A stretch of DNA of 59,364 bases, counting the filler. It is 4 parts of 4 records of this genome, joined end to end, with 100 filler letters (N's around TTAATTAATTAA, not from the genome) between each part and the next. Parts side by side here need not be neighbours in the genome. Positions count along the whole stretch, not along the records: positions 53,983 to 59,364 come from DRR723986_5552; 3 more parts are not named here. The stretch is one strand, 5' to 3'. A program made the position numbers and the translations under genes. A model generated the notes under the pieces. That model made no database searches. It saw only the letters and a list, made by a program, of their open reading frames with translations, and was not told the origin of the DNA. Below are positions 53,983 through 59,364 of the stretch, piece after piece. Position 1 is the stretch's first letter. Every line of letters starts with the position of its first letter.

Positions 53983-56197
53983 AAAGGTTGACCTGATAGA
54001 CCAGCGAGATCGGGTTCTCGGGATCGAGGGCGAGCAGGTCGATCAGCGTGTTGCGGTTGATCTCGACCGAGTAGCGGCGGCGGTGGGTCATGACGCTGTC
54101 GCCGATCTCTATGCACAGGTCGTAGCTGCCCGGCGGCGCCTTGGGGCCGGCGAAGCGATGCAGCAGCGACGCCATCTGGATGCCGCGCTCGACGGCGCGC
54201 CCCATGGTCATGAAGCGCCACCCCGAGAAGCGGAACATGTTGTCGTTCGAGATGCCGGCGAAGGCGGCGAGGATGCGCAGCAGGCGGCCCATGTCGCGGG
54301 CGGCCTTCTCGCCGGGGCGGGTCTGCGTGGCGATGCGGCGGACCTCTTGCGACAACTCGTCGAGCGCGTGCAGCCCATCGTCCGAGAAGCGGTCCCGCAC
54401 CTTGCCCGCGCAGAAGCCCGTCGCATCCATCAGCCGAAGCAGCGACTCGGGGACGGGCCGGGTGTCGGGATCGGGCGCCTTGCCGAATGTGGTCAGGTGC
54501 TTGCCCAGCTCGCGCATCATCGGCATCGGCGTGGGCCCCGCCGTCTCGAGCCGCAGGTGATAGGCGCGCAGGGTCCGGATCTGCGCATTGGCCCGCTCGA
54601 CGTAGCGGCCCAGCCAGTAGAGGTTGTCGGCGGCCCGTGCGGGCAGCCGCCCCGGCATCCGGCGCACGAAGGGCCCCGGGCGGCCGGAGGTGAGGCTGTC
54701 GAACTCGGCCGGCGTTTCGCCCGTCACCCAGACGTCCGAGACCGATCCGCCCGCCTGCATGGCCAGCGCGGTGGGGTCTTCGGTCTTGCCGATGCGGGCG
54801 TAGCCGCCGGGCATCACGGTCCAGCCCTGCGGCGTGCGCACCGCGAAGACGCGCACCACCATGGGCCGCGGCACCAGCTGGCCGTCGATCATGGCGGGCG
54901 TCGTGGAGAGCGTCACCGCCTCCTGCGCCACGAGGTCCTGACCCTCGGCATCCAGCCACTCCCGCACCGGCGGATGCGCGCTGGAGCGGAACTTGCCGCC
55001 GAGTGCGGTGGCGCTGTCGATGTCGAAGGGCAGTTGCGTGGACATGGCCCGCCCGATCATCATCTTCTCGAAATTCTCGCGGACGTAGGACAATTCCTTG
55101 TCCTGCCCGCACCACCACGTCGCGATGTTGGGAAGCTCCAGCGGCTTGCCGGTGAGGGCCTGCGCGATGCGCGGCAGGAAGGCCATCAGCGCCCGCGCCT
55201 CCAGCACGCCGGACCCCAGCGCGTTGAGCATCGAGACGGAGCCGCTGCGCAGCGCGCCGACAAGGCCGGGCGTGCCCAGCGTGGAGCGCTCGTCCAGTTC
55301 CAGCGGGTCGGCAGAGCGGGAATCCAGCCGGCGCCACAGCACGCTGACCGGCTCCAGCCCGTTGATCGTGCGCACCATCAGGCGGCCGTCGACCACCCGC
55401 AGATCCTCGCATTCCAGCAGCAGGAAGCCGAGGTAGCGGGCGATGTAGGCGTGTTCGAAATAGGTGTCCGTATGCTGGCCCGGGGTCAGGATCGCGACGC
55501 GCCCCTCGCCGTCCTGACGCAGCGCGTTCATGGCGTCGCGGAATTCGCGGAAAAAGCCCGCGAGGCGGCGCACGTTGGCGTCCGGCATGAAGTCGTGAAA
55601 GATCCGCGCCGTGGCCATGCGGTTTTCCAGCGCGAAGCCCGCGCCCGAGGGCGCCTGCGTCCGGTCGCCCAGCACCAGCCAGCCGCCGTCGGGCGAGCGG
55701 CCGACCTCGAAGGCCAGAACATGCAGGTAATGCCCGTCGCGCGGCTCTACCCCCACGAGGGGCCGCAGCCATTCGCGGTTCTGCGCCACCAGAGACGCCG
55801 GCAGAAGGCCGCTGCGGACCAGATCTCCGGGGCCGTAGAGGTCGGCCATGACCTTTTCGAGCACCTCGGCGCGCTGCACCAGACCGGCGGCGAGCCGGTC
55901 CCATTCCTGTTCGGCGATGATGACCGGCAGGTGGCTCAGCGGCCAGTCGCGCACCGTCGACCCCTCGGCGGTGTAGTGGCGAAAGTAGACGCCCGCGTCG
56001 CGCAGGTACTGGTCGCCCCGCTCGAAGTCCTGCGCGATGTCCTCGGGCGCATGACGGGCGAGGTGGGAGATCAGCGGCTCCCAGCCCGGGCGGATGCTGC
56101 CATCCGCCCGCAGAAGCTCATCCGCCACGCCCTCTGGCGGGTGGTAGCTGTCGAGCAAGGCGTCCAACCCCTTTTCAAGGGCTGCGGGTCTGTCCAT
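53983..56197 (-). CDS. Circularly permuted type 2 ATP-grasp ligase fused to an alpha-E (DUF403) domain, 3' truncated
   Basis: QRAEVLE..MADLYG, DRTQAPSGAGFALENR, YFEHAYIARYLG, DPLEL, NALGSG, MPGGYAR; alpha-E motifs ADNLYWLGRYVERA and GWRFMTMGRAVERG. Confidence 0.92.
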
Positions 56198-56198
56198 G

Positions 56199-59100
56199 TC
56201 AGATCCCCGGCGCTCGGCGCAGGTCCAGTGTCATCGGGAATTCCGGGTGCGTCCGTTCCGTCGCGGGCCAGAAGCTGCCCGGCGTGTGGCCGAACTTCTC
56301 GAAGCGCGCCAGCCGACGGGCGTCGGCCTCGTTGGTGTTGACCGGGAAGGTGTCGTAGCTGCGCCCGCCCGGATGCGCCGCGTGATAGGTGCAGCCACCG
56401 ATGGACCGGCCCGAGTAGGTGTCGAAGATGTCGAACACCAGCGGCGCGTTGATCGGCAGCACCGGGTGCAGGGCGTCGGCGGGTTGCCACGCCTTGAAGC
56501 GCACGCCGCCCACCTTGACCCCGCTTTCGCCGGTGTCGGCCAGAGGCACCGCGCGCCGGTTGCAGGTCACGATGTAGCGGTCGGGGTTCAGCGTGGTCAG
56601 CTGCACCTGCATCCGCTCGACCGAACTGTCGGTGTAGCGCACCGTCCCGCCGATGGCGCCGCGTTCGCCCAGCACATGCCACGGCTCCAGCGCCTGATTG
56701 ATCTGAAGGTGGACGCCCTCGTAGTCCACCTCTCCGGCGAAGGGGAAGCGGAACTCCTTCTGGGCCTCGTACCATTCCGGGCGGAAGTCGTAGCCGTGGT
56801 CCGACAGGTCGCGCAGCACGTCCATGAAGTCGGCCCAGACGAAATGCGGCAGCATGAAGCGGTCGTGCAGCTGCGTGCCCCAGCGCACCGGCTTGCCCTT
56901 GATCGGGGCCTTCCAGAAGCGGGCGATCAGCGCCCGGATCAGCAGTTGCTGAGCCAGCGACATGCGCGCGTCGGGCGGCATCTCGAAGCCGCGGAACTCG
57001 ACCAGTCCCAGCCTGCCGGTGGGGCCGTCGGGCGAGAAGAGCTTGTCGATGCAGATCTCGGCGCGGTGGGTGTTGCCGGTGACGTCGATCAGGATGTTGC
57101 GCAGCAGGCGGTCCACCAGCCACGGCTGCGGCTGGGGCGCGTCGTCGCCCGGGTCGGGGATCTGCGACAGCGCGATCTCCAGCTCATAGAGCGAGTCGTG
57201 GCGGGCCTCGTCGATGCGCGGCGCCTGAGAGGTCGGCCCGATGAACATGCCGCTGAAGAGGTAGGACAGCGAGGGATGCCGCTGCCAGTAGAGGATCAGC
57301 GAGCGCATCAGGTCGGGCCTGCGCAGGAAGGGCGAGTCGTTCGGCGTCTCGCCGCCCACGACGACGTGGTTGCCGCCGCCTGTGCCGGTGTGGCGCCCGT
57401 CGATCATGAACTTGTCTGCGCCAAGGCGGCTTTGCCGGGCCTCCTCGTAGACGCCGTTGGTGATCGAGACACACTCTTCCCAATTGGCGGCGGGGTGGAC
57501 GTTGACCTCGATCACGCCCGGATCGGGGGCCACGCGGATCACGTTCAGGCGCGGGTCCTGCGGGGGCGAATAGCCCTCTATGTGGATCGGCAGGCCAAGC
57601 TCTTCGGCGGTGGTCTCGGCGGCGGCGATCAGGTCGAGGTAATCCTCGAGCGTCTCGACCGGCGGCATGAACAGACACAGCCGCCCGTCGCGCGGTTCGA
57701 TGGCGATGGCGGTGCGGACGGGGCCTTCGAAGGGATCGAAGACCTGACGCTGCACCTCCTGCCGGTCCCCGACCTCGCGCGCGGCGCTGACGGGCTGCTT
57801 GCGGCCCGGGGTTTGCTCGGGCTCCACGACATCGGCCTTGTCCTTGTCCTTGCCGCCCTTGCCCTTCTTGCCGTCCTTCTTCGCCTTCCGGTCCGCCTTG
57901 GCGGCGTTCTCTTCGGCGGCGATGCGTTCGAGCTCTTCCAGCAGGGCGCGGCGGCGTTCGGCGATCTCGGCGTGGAAATCGGGCAGATCCTCGCGCGGGA
58001 CGGTGGGATCGGCGGGGTAGGTATAGGGATAGGACGAGGGCGGCACATAGGGCAGGGTGCCCAGCGGCAGGCGGAAGCCCACCGGGCTGTCACCGGGGAT
58101 CAGGTAGAGATGCCCGCGCCGGGTCTGCCATTTCTCGGACCGCCAGCGGCGGCCATGGGCCTTGGACTGCCAGCGTTGGATCGGCAGCACGAAGCCCGAG
58201 GGCGTGGTCAGCCCGCGGTTGAAGACCCGCGCGATGCGCGCCCGTGCCTCGGGGTCCTTGAGGCGCGAATCCTCGGGGGTGACGTTCAGCGGCAGGTCGG
58301 CCTCTTTCAGGATCCATTCCGCCGGGTCCTCGTAGGCGGGCAGGGTATAGTCCGCCTCCAGCCCGAGGTTGCCCGCAAAGCTTTCCATGAAGCGCCCGGC
58401 CTGTTCGGCGGTGGCGTCCTTGGCGGTCTCGCGCGCGATCAGGTCGGGGTTCTTCCAGACCGGCTGACCGTCCCGGCGCCAGAACAGCGAGAAGGTCCAG
58501 CGCGGCAGGGTCTCTCCGGGATACCACTTGCCCTGACCGTAGTGCAGGAAACCGCCCGGCGCGAAGCGGTCGCGCAGCCGCCGGATCAGGTCGTCGGCCA
58601 GCCCGCGCTTCATCGGGCCGACGGCGGCGGTGTTCCACTCGCTGCTTTCGAAGTCGTCGATGGACACGAAGGTCGGCTCGCCGCCCATGGTCAGGCGCAT
58701 GTCGGCCTCGGCCATCTCGGCGTCGACCTTTTGCCCCAACGCATCCAGCGCCTGCCAGCTTTCGTCGGAGAAGGGCTTGGTGATGCGCGGATGCTCGGCG
58801 ACGCGGTGGACTTCCATGGCGAAGTCGAAGTCGGTCTTGGTGTCCTTGTGCCCGGCAAAGCCGCCGACGATGGGGGCGGCGTTGGAGTAATGCGGCGTTG
58901 CGGCCAGCGGGATGTGGCTTTCGCCGGTCAGCAGGCCCGAGGTCGGGTCGAGCCCGATCCAGCCCGCGCCGGGCAGGTAGACCTCGCACCATGCGTGCAG
59001 GTCGGTGAAGTCGTGATCGGTGCCGGCGGGGCCGTCCAGCGCCTCGAGGTCCGGCTTCAGCTGGATCAGGTAGCCCGAGACGAAGCGCGTGGCGAAGCCC

Positions 59101-59364
59101 AGATGCCGCAGCAGGTGGATCAGCAGCCAGGATGTGTCGCGGCAGGAGCCGGAGCCCTTCTCCAGCGTCTCTTCCGGCGTCTGCACGCCCGGCTCCATGC
59201 GGATGGTGTAGTCGATCGCCTGTTCCAGACGCGCGTTCACGTCGACGAGGAAGTCGACGGTGTTCATGGACTTGCGCGGAATGCCCTTGAGGTACTTCTG
59301 GAACTTCGGCCCGAAGGGTTCGGTCTTGCGATAGACGGCCAGATCGTCCGCGATATCGGCGGGG
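56199..59364 (-). CDS. Transglutaminase domain fused to DUF2126 putative (COOH-NH2) amidoligase, 5' truncated by window
   Basis: Frame is open to the window edge; triad GSCRD, DLHAW, LDPTSG; then [53 protein letters not shown]. Confidence 0.92.
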   Translation of the reverse strand, partial: PADIADDLAVYRKTEPFGPKFQKYLKGIPRKSMNTVDFLVDVNARLEQAIDYTIRMEPGVQTPEETLEKGSGSCRDTSWLLIHLLRHLGFATRFVSGYLIQLKPDLEALDGPAGTDHDFTDLHAWCEVYLPGAGWIGLDPTSGLLTGESHIPLAATPHYSNAAPIVGGFAGHKDTKTDFDFAMEVHRVAEHPRITKPFSDESWQALDALGQKVDAEMAEADMRLTMGGEPTFVSIDDFESSEWNTAAVGPMKRGLADDLIRRLRDRFAPGGFLHYGQGKWYPGETLPRWTFSLFWRRDGQPVWKNPDLIARETAKDATAEQAGRFMESFAGNLGLEADYTLPAYEDPAEWILKEADLPLNVTPEDSRLKDPEARARIARVFNRGLTTPSGFVLPIQRWQSKAHGRRWRSEKWQTRRGHLYLIPGDSPVGFRLPLGTLPYVPPSSYPYTYPADPTVPREDLPDFHAEIAERRRALLEELERIAAEENAAKADRKAKKDGKKGKGGKDKDKADVVEPEQTPGRKQPVSAAREVGDRQEVQRQVFDPFEGPVRTAIAIEPRDGRLCLFMPPVETLEDYLDLIAAAETTAEELGLPIHIEGYSPPQDPRLNVIRVAPDPGVIEVNVHPAANWEECVSITNGVYEEARQSRLGADKFMIDGRHTGTGGGNHVVVGGETPNDSPFLRRPDLMRSLILYWQRHPSLSYLFSGMFIGPTSQAPRIDEARHDSLYELEIALSQIPDPGDDAPQPQPWLVDRLLRNILIDVTGNTHRAEICIDKLFSPDGPTGRLGLVEFRGFEMPPDARMSLAQQLLIRALIARFWKAPIKGKPVRWGTQLHDRFMLPHFVWADFMDVLRDLSDHGYDFRPEWYEAQKEFRFPFAGEVDYEGVHLQINQALEPWHVLGERGAIGGTVRYTDSSVERMQVQLTTLNPDRYIVTCNRRAVPLADTGESGVKVGGVRFKAWQPADALHPVLPINAPLVFDIFDTYSGRSIGGCTYHAAHPGGRSYDTFPVNTNEADARRLARFEKFGHTPGSFWPATERTHPEFPMTLDLRRAPGI

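Noticed and set aside
54083-56341. 752-aa plus-strand ORF, and similar long ORFs at 1156-2913(-), 7365-8924(-), 32378-34354(+), 35573-37666(-), 40828-42642(-)
   Set aside because: Antisense shadows of well-supported genes in GC-rich DNA; no recognisable motifs.
31052-59364. Treating the contig-2 transglutaminase operon and the contig-4 ATP-grasp locus as one physical cluster
   Set aside because: They are separated by spacers and an unrelated contig; physical linkage, and even a shared genome, cannot be shown.
1-59364. rRNA, tRNA, CRISPR arrays, prophage, intact transposases or defence systems
   Set aside because: No such signatures were found by eye; only a decayed IS3 fragment and one palindromic repeat.

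Overview
The window is a concatenation of four contigs separated by artificial 100-bp spacers (44 N + TTAATTAATTAA + 44 N at 30509-30608, 42888-42987 and 53883-53982). All four look alphaproteobacterial, but contigs 2 and 4 are visibly more GC-rich than 1 and 3, so they may come from different genomes. Contig 1 (1-30508) starts with an assimilatory nitrate/nitrite cluster (nirB', nirD, FNT channel, membrane-anchored PP2C-Ser/Thr kinase fusion, cynS, nasA, cysG). It continues with a GntR/SnoaL/Liv-type ABC/CodA-like module, a FadR/dipeptide-ABC/M20 amidohydrolase module, cyoABCD and an FAD-oxidoreductase/GT2 pair. Contig 2 (30609-42887) has a transglutaminase operon with a chain of ATGA-coupled small ORFs and a long structured 5' leader, a hybrid histidine kinase, a decayed IS3 transposase fragment, and LysR plus peptide-ABC plus creatininase-family genes. 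Contig 3 (42988-53882) has cysC', a TRAP-amidase-small protein-2-hydroxyacid dehydrogenase operon, rarD, Lrp, a ThDP enzyme, cytochrome c2 and hemA'. Contig 4 (53983-59364) has a transglutaminase-DUF2126 (putative amidoligase) gene and a circularly permuted ATP-grasp/alpha-E fusion. The best candidates for poorly described systems are: (i) a phosphatase-kinase switch embedded in nitrate/cyanate assimilation; (ii) the transglutaminase/small-protein operon with a putative switchable leader RNA; (iii) the ATP-grasp/amidoligase/transglutaminase peptide-ligation locus; and (iv) a CodA-fold enzyme whose catalytic Glu and Asp are replaced. No rRNA, tRNA or CRISPR array was seen. Family assignments come from motif recognition by eye; no database searches were run.
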